64,000 bases of DNA, from the NCBI GenBank assembly GCA_016212525.1, contig JACRGD010000010.1, positions 527,860 to 591,859 on the forward strand, written 5' to 3'. The position numbers and the translations under genes were made by a program. Position 1 is the stretch's first letter, and each line of letters opens with the position of its first letter. This stretch comes from Candidatus Micrarchaeota archaeon (GTDB taxonomy: Archaea > Micrarchaeota > Micrarchaeia > Anstonellales > Bilamarchaeaceae). Positions 1 to 10,149 of this stretch are shown in pieces. A model generated the notes under the pieces. That model was not told where the DNA came from. It saw only the letters and a program-made list of their open reading frames with translations, and ran no database searches.

Positions 1-900
1 GGTGAGTCGCTCACCTGCTTTAATTGCATCACCCAAGGTTAAATCAGCTCCGCCTTCGATATGAATGAGGCAACCCTTGGCACCCTCATAATTGACATCC
101 AAAAGAGGGTGTTCGAGCGTGTCCTTTACAACATCAGTGACTTTGTTAGTTCCATGTCCATGTCCAAGAGCAATCATTGAAAGACCGCCATCCTGCATAA
201 CGCTCTTGACATCAGCATAATCAACGTTCATAAGGCTCGGGAACATTATCGTATCGGAAATACCAGTAACAGCTCGAGTAGTTATTGAATCTGCAAGTTC
301 GAATGCTTTATTTATTGGAAGATTTGGAGCATAACTTGCGAGTCTGTTGTTATCAATCACGACGACAGTATCGCAGACCTTAACTAAATCAGTTAGGGCT
401 GCCTGGGCTTTCTTGATTCGGATCCGCTCGAGTGCAAATGGATAGGTAACCATTGCAATTACGATTGCGCCCTGCTCCTTTGCAACTTCTGCAACTACTG
501 GAGACATACCACTTCCGGTTCCTCCACCCATACCCGCACAAAGAAAAATTAGCTCGTTTTCACCAATCTCTTTCCTTAACATGTCGCGGTCGGCTTCAGC
601 ACATTTTCTCGCGACGGTCAAATCTCCACCTGCACCAAGACCACGGGTGATATTCTTACCTGCAAGAATTTTTTTATCAGAGCCGATCATGTTGAGATGT
701 TTGCCATCAGTATTGATTGCAATTGTTCGGGCACTTTTGATACCCTGAGTGTAAATACGATTGACAGCGTTGCAACCAGCACCACCGACACCAACTACAG
801 AAATCCGTACTCCTGAATTATCTAGTTCTTTGACTTCGGACTGTTTTTCATGAACTGGAACCGCACTGCCTTTAGCTGCTGCAATAATATCTTCGAACAT
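1..900 (-). CDS. ftsZ: Cell-division GTPase FtsZ, N-terminal 300 codons (3' end of the gene lies left of the window)
   Basis: This frame runs to the window edge, so it is absent from the ORF track. My own translation from ATG 898-900 gives MFEDIIAAAKG...ISVVGVGGAGCNAVNRI...GMGGGTGSG (tubulin/FtsZ signature)...VVIDNNRL. A GGTGG SD-like element sits just upstream. Confidence 0.9.
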   Translation of the reverse strand, partial: MFEDIIAAAKGSAVPVHEKQSEVKELDNSGVRISVVGVGGAGCNAVNRIYTQGIKSARTIAINTDGKHLNMIGSDKKILAGKNITRGLGAGGDLTVARKCAEADRDMLRKEIGENELIFLCAGMGGGTGSGMSPVVAEVAKEQGAIVIAMVTYPFALERIRIKKAQAALTDLVKVCDTVVVIDNNRLASYAPNLPINKAFELADSITTRAVTGISDTIMFPSLMNVDYADVKSVMQDGGLSMIALGHGHGTNKVTDVVKDTLEHPLLDVNYEGAKGCLIHIEGGADLTLGDAIKAGERLT

Positions 901-1107
901 TTAACCACCACATCTTTGGGCTCTATTTCTCAGCAAAGAAATATAAAAGAAGCGCCAAGAGTTGAGAGAAAATGGAGAAATAACGATGATAAATCAAAGA
1001 AAAGTGAATCAAAAAAGTCGCACTAGAAGAATGTCTTCGAGTGAGATTGATTTCCAGATTAGTCGCATGAATTGATAAGAAATCATTGAGAACTTGACAA
1101 GCATGAA

Positions 1108-1932
1108 TTAGCGAATCCTTATTGGAAGTGCTGCGAGAACATTGAGATCATGCAAGTGTCCTTGCTCAGGCTCGGGCAAAGTAACTTCTTCGCGCGGCTC
1201 TGGAGCAACCCGGGGCGCATTTCTTGTTGCAGACCTGGCTCCCCTTTGATCATCCCGAGTTACAAACAATTGTTCGCGTTCGGTTGATGAATATCTTGGA
1301 GTATTTTGCAAATTGCCTGCGAGTTCATGAAGAAAAACGTTTGCCCGGTTATTCGGAAGGCTACCAGCACGGCGATCCAGAGTTTCGGCGGCAACTTGCG
1401 GATCGATTTGCATGTTTGCACGATACTCGGCCAAGGCATTGGTTATGGTAGAAGGCTCTACCCCCAAACGCCGACATTCGCGGGCTATGAAACTTGCAGT
1501 CTGAGGCTCGAATTGAACCTGACGGATAACTTCTGATGAAACTAATCCCTGCGAAGCACTCGCCAGAGCAGATCTGACCAATCCATCGACATTCGAGTAG
1601 TTTGGAGTCGAAGTCGGGCGCCCGTTGCTACGATGCATATTAGCCATTATGTTCTGTGCAAAAAGCAAACCGTCAGAGGGGAGTTGCGGGGATCGTATTG
1701 TTCCGCTCGAATCACGAGGATAACCAATACCTATTTGCTGCCCGTCATGCGAACTCACTTGTCCATTTTGAATATAATTTGTCATTTCCTTTATATCCCA
1801 GCCCCTAACTGCGCAGATTTGCTCGAGCCGAGTCTGCAGCGCAGGAGGAATTAATCTGGAATTAACCTCGAAAGAGGTGGTCTGAGCCTGAGTTGGGCCG
1901 GGAATCTGAATTTGTCCTGTTGGATCTCCCAT
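1108..1932 (-). CDS. Hypothetical protein, Lys-depleted and Arg-rich (1 Lys in 274 aa)
   Basis: Long ORF with only short opposite-strand ORFs. A TATA-like TATTTAA (complement of 1955-1961) lies about 23 nt upstream of the ATG. No motif recognised. Confidence 0.6.
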   Translation of the reverse strand: MGDPTGQIQIPGPTQAQTTSFEVNSRLIPPALQTRLEQICAVRGWDIKEMTNYIQNGQVSSHDGQQIGIGYPRDSSGTIRSPQLPSDGLLFAQNIMANMHRSNGRPTSTPNYSNVDGLVRSALASASQGLVSSEVIRQVQFEPQTASFIARECRRLGVEPSTITNALAEYRANMQIDPQVAAETLDRRAGSLPNNRANVFLHELAGNLQNTPRYSSTEREQLFVTRDDQRGARSATRNAPRVAPEPREEVTLPEPEQGHLHDLNVLAALPIRIR

Positions 1933-2094
1933 AAATCACTTGCGAAATTTACACTTAAATAGCTTCCTAATTCCCGCAATTCCAAAACAGAAACAAAATA
2001 ATTCAAGAAAAAACACAAAAAATGAAATAGAACGGGGAAACCATCAAACAGAAGGAGGGATGGGTGGGATGATGGCTCCCCCGCGAGCATGAAA

Positions 2095-2766
2095 TTATTC
2101 TGGAGTTGGAGGCACCGATGGATAACCGGATGAACCGCCGTAGAGTTCATTAAAATCACAAACACGACCAGGAGTTTCAAACTTTGAATTGTCTGCTATC
2201 CAGGGCCTGCAGTTGTAACTAGTTGGAGGAAGATTTGCATAATCCGGAGTTTGTGCGGATGAAGGAGTAGTCGATGGAGCATCAGTTCCTGTTTCAGTCG
2301 AAGAAGAAACATCGAGTTGCAACCACTGGCACGTATTCATATATGGAGAGCCATCATTGCATCCGATCAACATAGAATTACCTCTTCGAACCATTGCCAT
2401 AGTAGAGCAGCTTGAACCTGCCCGGCTAGAGGGTTGTCGAAGTTCTACACGATTCTTTTGAGTACCATCCATATACAACTTCATTGTGATCTGACCTGCA
2501 GAGGTCGTAGAAGCAATATCACATTCGATTGGAATACCAAGTGCAACCAATTGAGCATAACCAAGACCCGCAAGATTCTGAGCTGGAGGAGTTGGACTTG
2601 TACTTGGAGTTGGGTTGGAAGGAGGAGAATTTGGAACTGCGGGATTATTTGAATTCGAATTTGACGCAGGGGCTTGCGGAGTCTGAGGATTTGTGCATCC
2701 AAAGATCAGCAATGAGATCGCAACGAGCGAGATTAACATGAGTCTAGAGTCGAATCGCATGAACAT
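2095..2766 (-). CDS. Secreted or lipoprotein-like protein with a Pro/Ser/Thr/Asn-rich linker
   Basis: N-terminal signal peptide ends in the lipobox-like LLIFGC, followed by a low-complexity PxS/T linker. TTTATAAAT at 2783-2791 lies about 17-25 nt upstream of the start. Confidence 0.7.
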   Translation of the reverse strand: MFMRFDSRLMLISLVAISLLIFGCTNPQTPQAPASNSNSNNPAVPNSPPSNPTPSTSPTPPAQNLAGLGYAQLVALGIPIECDIASTTSAGQITMKLYMDGTQKNRVELRQPSSRAGSSCSTMAMVRRGNSMLIGCNDGSPYMNTCQWLQLDVSSSTETGTDAPSTTPSSAQTPDYANLPPTSYNCRPWIADNSKFETPGRVCDFNELYGGSSGYPSVPPTPE

Positions 2767-2894
2767 GAATGAAAACTTAACGTTTATAAATCTAATCCCG
2801 AGATCAGAGCGTCAAAAATGCAGATAAAACTCAAAATTCATCACATATTAATTTAGATCTAAGCAGTACACATACAGAGCAGGAGACGGATTGA

Positions 2895-3851
2895 ATGTCC
2901 ATACTTCAAAGTTCATTTTTCGGAAAGAGAATCAAGAATCCGGTAATTCTCGCATCGGGAATCATGGGAATGACCAAAGGTTCGCTTGAGCGGGTTTGTG
3001 ATGAGGGAGCAGGTGCAGTAATTGCCAAATCGCTAACACTCGAACCCAGAAAAGGCCATGCCGGACCCAACATCGTCGAGGTTGAAGGGGGCATGCTAAA
3101 TGCCATGGGATATCCAAACCCAGGAATAGAAGAAGGCCTTAAGGAATTTGGGAACTGGAATCGCTTGGATGAAGCACTTATTATTAGTATAGTAGGAAAG
3201 AGCCCAAAAGAATTTGAACAGCTCTCTCAAAAAGTCGAGGAAAGGAAAAAAATACTAGGTGCAAGTGCAATCGAAGCTGTGATCTCGTGTCCCCATACAC
3301 CAGGATTTGGAACGATGGCAGGACAGGGAACCCCGGACTCGATCAGAGAGATCACAACGGCAATAAAAGACAACTGTACACTGCCTCTGATAATCAAACT
3401 CTCACCCTCAATTCCAGGAGAAGGCAAAGCGGCAAAAGCCGCAGAGGATGCAGGCGCAGATGCAGTTAATATGGGCAACTCGCTTGGACCGGGAATGAAG
3501 ATCGACCTAAATCGCAAGGTTCCGGTTCTTGGTTTTGGTGTGGGCGGACTAACCGGCCCGGCAGTCAAACCGATAATTGTCCGATCTGTCTTTGACATAT
3601 ATGACTCAGTAGATATTCCAATCATTGCAACCGGAGGTATCAGTACGGGCGAAGACGCAATAGAAATGATGATGGCCGGAGCAAGCTTTGTGAGCGTCGG
3701 AACCGCAGCCTATTTCAGAGGCCCCCCAGTATTTGGACAGATCGCAAATGAAATGAAAGAGTGGATGAAGAAAAATAAATATTCGAAACCCGGGCAGCTA
3801 ACCGGACTTGCACATGATGAATGGAAGAAATGCAAGAGCGATTTAGTTTGA
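2895..3851 (+). CDS. pyrD: Dihydroorotate dehydrogenase catalytic subunit (class 1B type)
   Basis: NPVILASGIMG, GYPNPG, NMGNSLGPG and IIATGGI motifs are typical of the PyrD TIM barrel. The pyrK partner lies 2 kb downstream. Confidence 0.9.
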   Translation: MSILQSSFFGKRIKNPVILASGIMGMTKGSLERVCDEGAGAVIAKSLTLEPRKGHAGPNIVEVEGGMLNAMGYPNPGIEEGLKEFGNWNRLDEALIISIVGKSPKEFEQLSQKVEERKKILGASAIEAVISCPHTPGFGTMAGQGTPDSIREITTAIKDNCTLPLIIKLSPSIPGEGKAAKAAEDAGADAVNMGNSLGPGMKIDLNRKVPVLGFGVGGLTGPAVKPIIVRSVFDIYDSVDIPIIATGGISTGEDAIEMMMAGASFVSVGTAAYFRGPPVFGQIANEMKEWMKKNKYSKPGQLTGLAHDEWKKCKSDLV

Positions 3852-3858
3852 GCTTCCA

Positions 3859-4212
3859 TTAATCAGAAGAGTTCGGAGTAAGCGCAGAAGAATCCTGCGA
3901 ATGCGCATTGCGCTTATGCTGGGCTCTTGAAAGACTGATAAGAGCATCCGACATATGAACACCATCAAGCAAATTAGCAGCACGTTGAACAGTCTGCGAA
4001 GATGGAGAGATCTCATTAGTTAATCCATTTATCGTATGCCTAAGTGCCCGACCCACGCGGCCCCTTAGATTATGATGAATCGGTGAATCCAATCGATCCA
4101 GAAGCGGATCTGGATTATAATCTTTACGGCCAACCCTTTGTGCAAGAGTAGTTACGAGCTCACGAACAGTATCATTTGAAATAGGCCTAACAACCAGTTT
4201 AGAGTGTTTCAT
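3859..4212 (-). CDS. Hypothetical small protein
   Basis: 117-aa ORF filling the gap between pyrD and the next gene. No motif recognised. Confidence 0.4.
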   Translation of the reverse strand: MKHSKLVVRPISNDTVRELVTTLAQRVGRKDYNPDPLLDRLDSPIHHNLRGRVGRALRHTINGLTNEISPSSQTVQRAANLLDGVHMSDALISLSRAQHKRNAHSQDSSALTPNSSD

Positions 4213-4308
4213 ACAATGGAAAATAGAGGCATGGGTTTTTGTTCTTTTTGTTTACGGACATAATCCATCAAAGCCACATGCATAAATAGAACATAGGAAA
4301 AGGAATAG

Positions 4309-4899
4309 TTGATCAGCGTGAAAGTAAATCTAGAGAGACCAAAGACGCAAAACCCGTGTCAGATATGTACTGCCAAATGCTGCAGAAATTACACAGTTTC
4401 GCTTACTGCCGCGGATTTAGAAAAGCTCTTCCGGACCAAAACAGATGACATCTACAAACACATCGCAGCAATCGACGCCACTGGATTCGATCCAAAATTA
4501 GTTCCCAGAGTCAAACTCACAAAGGAAAATGGTAAAGAAGGCGACTTCATATTGTGCCTGGTGCGAGATCGCAAGGAGACGTGCAGCTTCTTAGGCAAGG
4601 GCAATCTTTGCACAATATATGAAAACCGCCCCAGAAACTGTCGGATCTATCCATTTCGGCTCGATGAAAAAGGAGGGCTAAAATACGTTGAAAAATATAG
4701 GTGCCCGGTTGATTGGAAGCTCAACACAAAAGCAGCGAAATCATTCGAAAAAGACATAACGATCCAAAAGAAAGAAGTACACGAGTACAAAGTGATTTGT
4801 GATGCCTGGAATGGTAAAACAAAGGAACATAGAGAATTGAATGAGTTCATTGAATTTGTACGACAATTCAAACAAAACACAGACGGACATAATAAATAA
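4309..4899 (+). CDS. YkgJ-family (UPF0153) cysteine-cluster protein
   Basis: CQICTAKCC (CxxCxxxCC) near the N-terminus, with further Cys and the YPFRL motif typical of the family. The start is TTG 4309 or GTG 4318. Confidence 0.65.
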   Translation: MISVKVNLERPKTQNPCQICTAKCCRNYTVSLTAADLEKLFRTKTDDIYKHIAAIDATGFDPKLVPRVKLTKENGKEGDFILCLVRDRKETCSFLGKGNLCTIYENRPRNCRIYPFRLDEKGGLKYVEKYRCPVDWKLNTKAAKSFEKDITIQKKEVHEYKVICDAWNGKTKEHRELNEFIEFVRQFKQNTDGHNK

Positions 4900-4931
4900 C
4901 CTTAAATAGACAACAGCGTACAGCATATTCA

Positions 4932-5882
4932 ATGCAAAGAGTTCTGGTAAAAAGAACAAGAGAGCTACTCCCATTTACAACACTATTTGGAGCCATGTTA
5001 GAAACTCAACCAGACATAAAAATTCAGGGAACAATAACCAACGGAAATACACGAGAAGTTCTATTGACAACAAATGGCAGAGTGTTTCCTTTCTTAACTG
5101 AGACTGAAAAAGGTCAGATCCGAATAGACAACCCGGAATTAAGAAATCGAATCGCAGATATGAAAGAAATCGAATCTTATGGACATATTACAATCGTAGA
5201 TGCAGATTCAATGGAAATGAAAAATCTCAAAATCAAAGAAGGCCCAAAAATAGTTCAGCACTGGTCCAATGAAGAGGAAGGGGACATAATCAAAATCCCA
5301 AAAAATGCAGTATTGGCAGCTTATCGGGTACTTGATGGACTATCAGGTAAATTCAATAGGGCAGTAATCAACATTGCAAAACTTGGTGAGCGACCAAAAC
5401 CAGGATCAAGAGAACAAATAGAAGCCCAGATTCGAGAAAAACTGAAAACCGGCAACATAGTAGTCTCGGCCTATGAAGCAGGAGTCAGATATTATGACAT
5501 GATAATAACACTAGACCTCCAGAAGCCCGCAACTCAGGAGGAACTGTCAGAAATACTAAAAGGAAAGCCAAGAATATACGTAGATGTAGATGATATTGCA
5601 CAACACGATTTATCCAGAATATACATAGATGCAGCGAAAAGAGGAATGCCAAGACCTCCAATAATTGCCTGCATGACACGAGAACGAGACAGGTCCACCA
5701 GACAAACGATCAGACTAGTTACCGACCCAATTGTCAATATTGCAGCAGCAAATTTAGATGAAGTGCGAGGAATATTTGGAATTTCACCAGAAGAGAGAGC
5801 ATCAATAACTGATTTGGGAATAGGAATCAGAACAGAAAGGGAAGTTCCAAGAGCAGCAGAATATTTTGAAAGTGCTCGATAA
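4932..5882 (+). CDS. Hypothetical protein (Lys/Glu/Ile-rich, housekeeping-like composition)
   Basis: 316-aa ORF between pyrD and pyrK. No motif recognised. Confidence 0.6.
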   Translation: MQRVLVKRTRELLPFTTLFGAMLETQPDIKIQGTITNGNTREVLLTTNGRVFPFLTETEKGQIRIDNPELRNRIADMKEIESYGHITIVDADSMEMKNLKIKEGPKIVQHWSNEEEGDIIKIPKNAVLAAYRVLDGLSGKFNRAVINIAKLGERPKPGSREQIEAQIREKLKTGNIVVSAYEAGVRYYDMIITLDLQKPATQEELSEILKGKPRIYVDVDDIAQHDLSRIYIDAAKRGMPRPPIIACMTRERDRSTRQTIRLVTDPIVNIAAANLDEVRGIFGISPEERASITDLGIGIRTEREVPRAAEYFESAR

Positions 5883-5913
5883 GAATAAATAATAGCCAAA
5901 ATAGAATAGAAGC

Positions 5914-6705
5914 ATGCTTCAATTTCCATTTTTCACAAACAAAGTATTGAAAGTAGTTGAAGAAAACTACCGAGTCAAGACAATAGAAATCGATCACGAT
6001 CTAAAAAATGCCAGGCCGGGCCAGTTCATAATGGTTTGGATTCCTGGAGTTGGCGAGAGACCAATGAGCATCGGAAACTCAGATCCGCTTACGATTTCAG
6101 TTGCCAATGTCGGAACAGTTTCGGGAAAAATAATCTCCCTAAAAGAGGGAGAGAATATTTCGTATAGAGGGCCATTTGGCAAAGAATTCACGATCCCAAA
6201 AGGCACCAAGCGAATACTTGTTATCGGAGGAGGATATGGGGTAGTTCCCATGTTTTTCCTCGCCAGAGAAACCAGGGAAAAAGGAATTGAATCAATTGCA
6301 GTAGTGGGCGGAAGAACAGAGAAGGATATAATATACGGGAAGCGATTAGGACGCGTTTGCAAGGAAGTTCTTCTAACAACGGATGATGGATCGGCCGGTA
6401 AAAAAGGAAATGTCATGGTGGAAGTAACACCTCTGATCGAAAGTGGAAAAATAGATGCAGTTTACTGTGTCGGACCAGAGCGGATGATGTATGCCATCGC
6501 CACAGCATGCAAAAATCAGAACGTTCCATGTCAGGTCAGTGTCGAACGATATATGAAATGCGGAGTTGGTATATGCGGATCATGTGCAATCGATGGAAAA
6601 CTCGCATGCATCGATGGCCCGGTAATGAGTGCCAAGGACGCCCTAGCACTTAGCGAGTTCGGAAAGAAACACCGAGATGCATGCGGAATATCCAAGGATT
6701 ACTAA
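5914..6705 (+). CDS. pyrK: Dihydroorotate dehydrogenase electron-transfer subunit (FAD/2Fe-2S)
   Basis: Ferredoxin-reductase-like fold (RPMSIG, VIGGGYGVVP) and a C-terminal CGVGICGSCAIDGKLACIDGP 2Fe-2S cluster motif. Confidence 0.85.
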   Translation: MLQFPFFTNKVLKVVEENYRVKTIEIDHDLKNARPGQFIMVWIPGVGERPMSIGNSDPLTISVANVGTVSGKIISLKEGENISYRGPFGKEFTIPKGTKRILVIGGGYGVVPMFFLARETREKGIESIAVVGGRTEKDIIYGKRLGRVCKEVLLTTDDGSAGKKGNVMVEVTPLIESGKIDAVYCVGPERMMYAIATACKNQNVPCQVSVERYMKCGVGICGSCAIDGKLACIDGPVMSAKDALALSEFGKKHRDACGISKDY

Positions 6706-6742
6706 GAACGAAAAAGATCATAAAAACGACTTATAATTAGTG

Positions 6743-6751
6743 TTTATAAAT
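6743..6751. promoter_or_regulatory. Archaeal TATA box TTTATAAAT
   Basis: One of at least 12 near-identical boxes lying 20-45 nt upstream of start codons. The others are at 2783, 10116, 18498, 25737, 28291, 32039, 36193, 47020, 51833, 57297 and 63369. Confidence 0.6.
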
Positions 6752-6791
6752 GATTCCTTAAACAAACTCGTACTAACACAAAAAGGCGAGA

Positions 6792-7850
6792 TTGTTGAGA
6801 TTCATAACCTACGACCCACTAGCAGCAGTAAGTAGATACGACCGAGCCTCGCTCAGAGATAAACTAGCAGGAATTAAACCACAGTCTGAATTGCTCAGAG
6901 ACTCAGACATTAGAGCGATAGAGGAAGGAATTTCATTAAAACGAGGAGTGTACAGGCTTCTTCGAAGAGAATATCCCAAAAAAGGAGATATCACGGCTCA
7001 TCTGATAAACGGTTTTGGACATTACTACGATAGAGATGAAAGTGCCACGGATCACATAGCCGAGTTATTTGAGGAACCGGGCACACCAAGAATAAGAAAC
7101 GACGTTACAGATGCACAGGGTGGGGATTATCATCCATGGCAAACATTGGCATATTCGTGCATGGCAGGACTTGCTGGAAAGAAATTAGTAGGAGGCGAGA
7201 GAGAATTTACCCTCCAAGACATTGCAAAAGCCAGTACAGAGATACAAACTTATCCAAAAGGAGATGGAGAACTAGGGCACCTGTTATTTGCAGCTGCACA
7301 TTTGGTGCCAGATCGAAGAATGAAATTTGAAGTAGATAATGAACGAGTGACATTGGAGAAACTTTTAGAACGGGCAATCGAGGTGTTAAACAACAACGAT
7401 CCGAGCGCGGTTTGTTTTGGAACACATCTGATCGAAGGGATATGTGCCGTTGCCACACTGGTTCATGGAATCCAATTCAAAGAAGAGGCACAGGAGCTAC
7501 TTGGGACATATTTGGAATATACATTGTATAGACTATACCGAAAAAATCAAAGACGAATAGATCGAAATGATCTACATAAAATAGGCCATGCAGCTGAAGC
7601 CGCAGCATTTGGAAAAACACTTGGATATGAATTAGTACAACCGCACGAGTACGCCATAGCCGATCAGCTATCAAGAATGGCGAGAGTGATGGACCAATTC
7701 ACTTTGGGCGAGGATACTTTACTTGGAGGCACACATTTACGAAGAGCAGCAACACTCTGGAGAGAAATAGATAAGTGCGAAAAACAGTGCAAACCACTAA
7801 ACGAAGTAGACAGAACAACATACCATGCGGATGTTGAAGACAGTTATTGA
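6792..7850 (+). CDS. Hypothetical protein
   Basis: 352-aa ORF with a TTG start. TTTATAAAT at 6743-6751 lies about 41 nt upstream. Confidence 0.55.
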   Translation: MLRFITYDPLAAVSRYDRASLRDKLAGIKPQSELLRDSDIRAIEEGISLKRGVYRLLRREYPKKGDITAHLINGFGHYYDRDESATDHIAELFEEPGTPRIRNDVTDAQGGDYHPWQTLAYSCMAGLAGKKLVGGEREFTLQDIAKASTEIQTYPKGDGELGHLLFAAAHLVPDRRMKFEVDNERVTLEKLLERAIEVLNNNDPSAVCFGTHLIEGICAVATLVHGIQFKEEAQELLGTYLEYTLYRLYRKNQRRIDRNDLHKIGHAAEAAAFGKTLGYELVQPHEYAIADQLSRMARVMDQFTLGEDTLLGGTHLRRAATLWREIDKCEKQCKPLNEVDRTTYHADVEDSY

Positions 7851-7949
7851 CTGACACAACACCAGGCAGATAACAAATGAAACGGATAATATAGGTCCAT
7901 ACGACACCCGTAGGCAAGCCTTTTGAATATCCTCTGTGGATAAACGAAT

Positions 7950-8933
7950 ATGATTGACCTTACCTTTTATGACCTGATCATAATTGGAGCAGGACCATCT
8001 GGAATAAGCGCTGCGCTCTATGCCCAAAAACATAACCTTAAATTCACAGTTATCGCCCAGAAGTTTGGCGGCTATGCAAACCTTGTCGAAGAAATAAAAC
8101 AGTTTCCGGGCTTTGATTATGTTTCCGGATACGGCCTTATGAGCGGATTCTTAGATCAAATTAAACAGCTCAATGTCCCATTAATAGAAGAGGAAACAGT
8201 AGTAGAAATAACTAAGAAAGAAAACCGATTTGAAATTAGAACTACAAACGCCACATATTTCTCAAGAACAGTAATAGTAGCAAGCGGAAGACGATTTAGA
8301 AAACCCAATATCAGGAACGAATCGCGCTTCATTGGAAAAGGAATCAGTCATTTTAGCGTTTTTGACTCGACGAGTTTTCCAAATCAAAAAATTGCAGTTG
8401 TTGGAGGCGGACACAGCGGTCTCTTTTGCGCACTTTATGCAGCGAAGGTAGCACAGAAGGTCTATCTTATCGAAAAACATTCAAAAGTCGAGGAAACCGG
8501 AAAAACGTATCTGATCGCAAAACAAACCAAGAAAAACGAGCGAATCGAAATCCTGACGAACACCGAGGCAATAGAAATAATTGGAGATGAAGAATTTGAG
8601 GGCCTAAAAATCAAAGATGAAAAGGGCATCCGAAATCTATATCTCGATGCTGCAATATTTGCAATAGGATACAGTCCCAATACCGAAATGGTGGCACAGA
8701 GCGTCAATCTCAACTCCAAAGGCGAGATAAAAATAGACAAGAACAACATGACCAACATTAGCGGTCTCTTTGCAGCAGGAGACGTCAGCGAAGTCCCTCA
8801 AAAACAGATAATCGTCGCTTTGGGCGAAGGGGCGAAAGCAGCATTATCAGCGATAAATTATCTCAATCATCACCACGCATTAGAGGAGATTGGACTCGAA
8901 ACGAAAGCGAAACTAAACAAAAAGAAAAAATAG
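7950..8933 (+). CDS. Thioredoxin-reductase-like FAD/NAD(P) flavoprotein lacking the redox-active CxxC
   Basis: DLIIIGAGPSGISAALYA (FAD GxGxxG), KIAVVGGGHSG (NAD(P)) and GLFAAGDV motifs. HFSVFDS occupies the position of the TrxR CATCDG motif. Confidence 0.8.
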   Translation: MIDLTFYDLIIIGAGPSGISAALYAQKHNLKFTVIAQKFGGYANLVEEIKQFPGFDYVSGYGLMSGFLDQIKQLNVPLIEEETVVEITKKENRFEIRTTNATYFSRTVIVASGRRFRKPNIRNESRFIGKGISHFSVFDSTSFPNQKIAVVGGGHSGLFCALYAAKVAQKVYLIEKHSKVEETGKTYLIAKQTKKNERIEILTNTEAIEIIGDEEFEGLKIKDEKGIRNLYLDAAIFAIGYSPNTEMVAQSVNLNSKGEIKIDKNNMTNISGLFAAGDVSEVPQKQIIVALGEGAKAALSAINYLNHHHALEEIGLETKAKLNKKKK

Positions 8934-8951
8934 AAATATTAGTTTGAGAAA

Positions 8952-9953
8952 TCAGATTTTGATTCCTTCCTTAAGAGAAACCAGAACTCCCAAAGCCTCG
9001 TGCATCGTGTCTACTTCGATCGCATCAAGACCGATGCTCTTTGGAGTCACATTAAGGTTAGTCTGGATCTCCTTAACTGCAATAATGGGAATTTTTCTTC
9101 TGGCACACTCGAACATGGGTATCCCACCGCAGGCTGAATGAGGAACAACTAGCGCGGAAAGATCCGAAATCGAAATTCCCTGATCTGGTTTTACAAGACG
9201 CGGCGCCCGAGACAGACCGTAAAGAATACATGATAGATAAGCAGGCGAAAGAGCTTCGGCTCCTGCTCTCCAAAACACCACATCTTTTCGAAGATTTAGA
9301 TCCCAGTCCTTTGATGGAACGATCGGTGCGTGAGCTGCCATAATATGGAATTTATCGACCACGTAGTGCGAAATGACCGCTTCGAGAGCCCCGACCGGGT
9401 TTGGCTTTGTACCCTTATAGTAGGCCTCCCAGAACTCACGAGTCGCCTGAACATTTGTACTCACTGCAATAGTGTCTGCACCCATATCAAGCAGCTTCTT
9501 GATCGGCTCATCTAGGGCAGAAAGATCAGCAACTTTGCCATGAGCAACGTTGTGTTCAAAGGATGCAAACGGAGAGACCGCGCGATCGGTCATCTCCATA
9601 CCCACCACATCTACCCCGCCAACCGCACGCAGTGCATTGATTGTATTTTTGGTAAGTGCAAGCGCAGCATAATCGCTGGTCTTTTCAACTACCACTCCGA
9701 TTCGAATTCCCACGCTTTGAGAAAGACCCAATTCACCCCGAAAGAAATGATCCAGAACAGTTCCCTCGACATAGATGATCTTTTCTGACATGAGATTGAG
9801 TATTCCGCCATTGACGACATTCGGATTAACTAAAACACCATCACAAACTGAACCGATCAGATTGGCAAATGGGGTCGCGTCTCCCAGATAACCTCCTACA
9901 GATGCCTTGATTCCGGTCGGAACTATAAATGAAGCTAGGAACTTTTTGCGCAT
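8952..9953 (-). CDS. Conserved hypothetical protein (resembles DUF3326-type proteins)
   Basis: The N-terminal IVPTGIKASVGGYLGDATP...LVNPNVVNGG matches, from memory only, the IPTGIG..GG.AGDA..HPNVVNA pattern of DUF3326. Confidence 0.55.
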   Translation of the reverse strand: MRKKFLASFIVPTGIKASVGGYLGDATPFANLIGSVCDGVLVNPNVVNGGILNLMSEKIIYVEGTVLDHFFRGELGLSQSVGIRIGVVVEKTSDYAALALTKNTINALRAVGGVDVVGMEMTDRAVSPFASFEHNVAHGKVADLSALDEPIKKLLDMGADTIAVSTNVQATREFWEAYYKGTKPNPVGALEAVISHYVVDKFHIMAAHAPIVPSKDWDLNLRKDVVFWRAGAEALSPAYLSCILYGLSRAPRLVKPDQGISISDLSALVVPHSACGGIPMFECARRKIPIIAVKEIQTNLNVTPKSIGLDAIEVDTMHEALGVLVSLKEGIKI

Positions 9954-10093
9954 AGAATTCGGACTCCTTTTTCTTCGACTCTAACGATACCGCACCTCAG
10001 ACATTTTTTCTTTTTCATAACTTCATAGATATGTTTCCAATCCTTCGATGGAATAAATAGAAACTCAGTTTTTGCTCCGACTTTTTTTGGCAT
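9935..10093 (-). CDS. Small 52-aa ORF (MPKKVGAKTEFLFIPSKDWKHIYEVMKKKKCLRCGIVRVEEKG...), promoter-proximal to the downstream gene
   Basis: Below the ORF-track cutoff, so this is my own translation. TTTATAA (complement of 10116-10122) lies 23 nt upstream of ATG 10093. The ORF overlaps the next gene's start by 19 nt. Confidence 0.4.
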   Translation of the reverse strand: MPKKVGAKTEFLFIPSKDWKHIYEVMKKKKCLRCGIVRVEEKGVRILCAKSS

Positions 10094-10149
10094 AATTCTC
10101 TAACATAAAGGAGAATTATAAAGCAGGCGGAAGAAGAGCGAACGTTACA

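Noticed and set aside
3227-6416. Antisense ORFs inside pyrD, the 316-aa ORFan and pyrK (3227..3625, 5534..5929, 5994..6416)
   Set aside because: They lie opposite strongly supported genes and contain no motifs.
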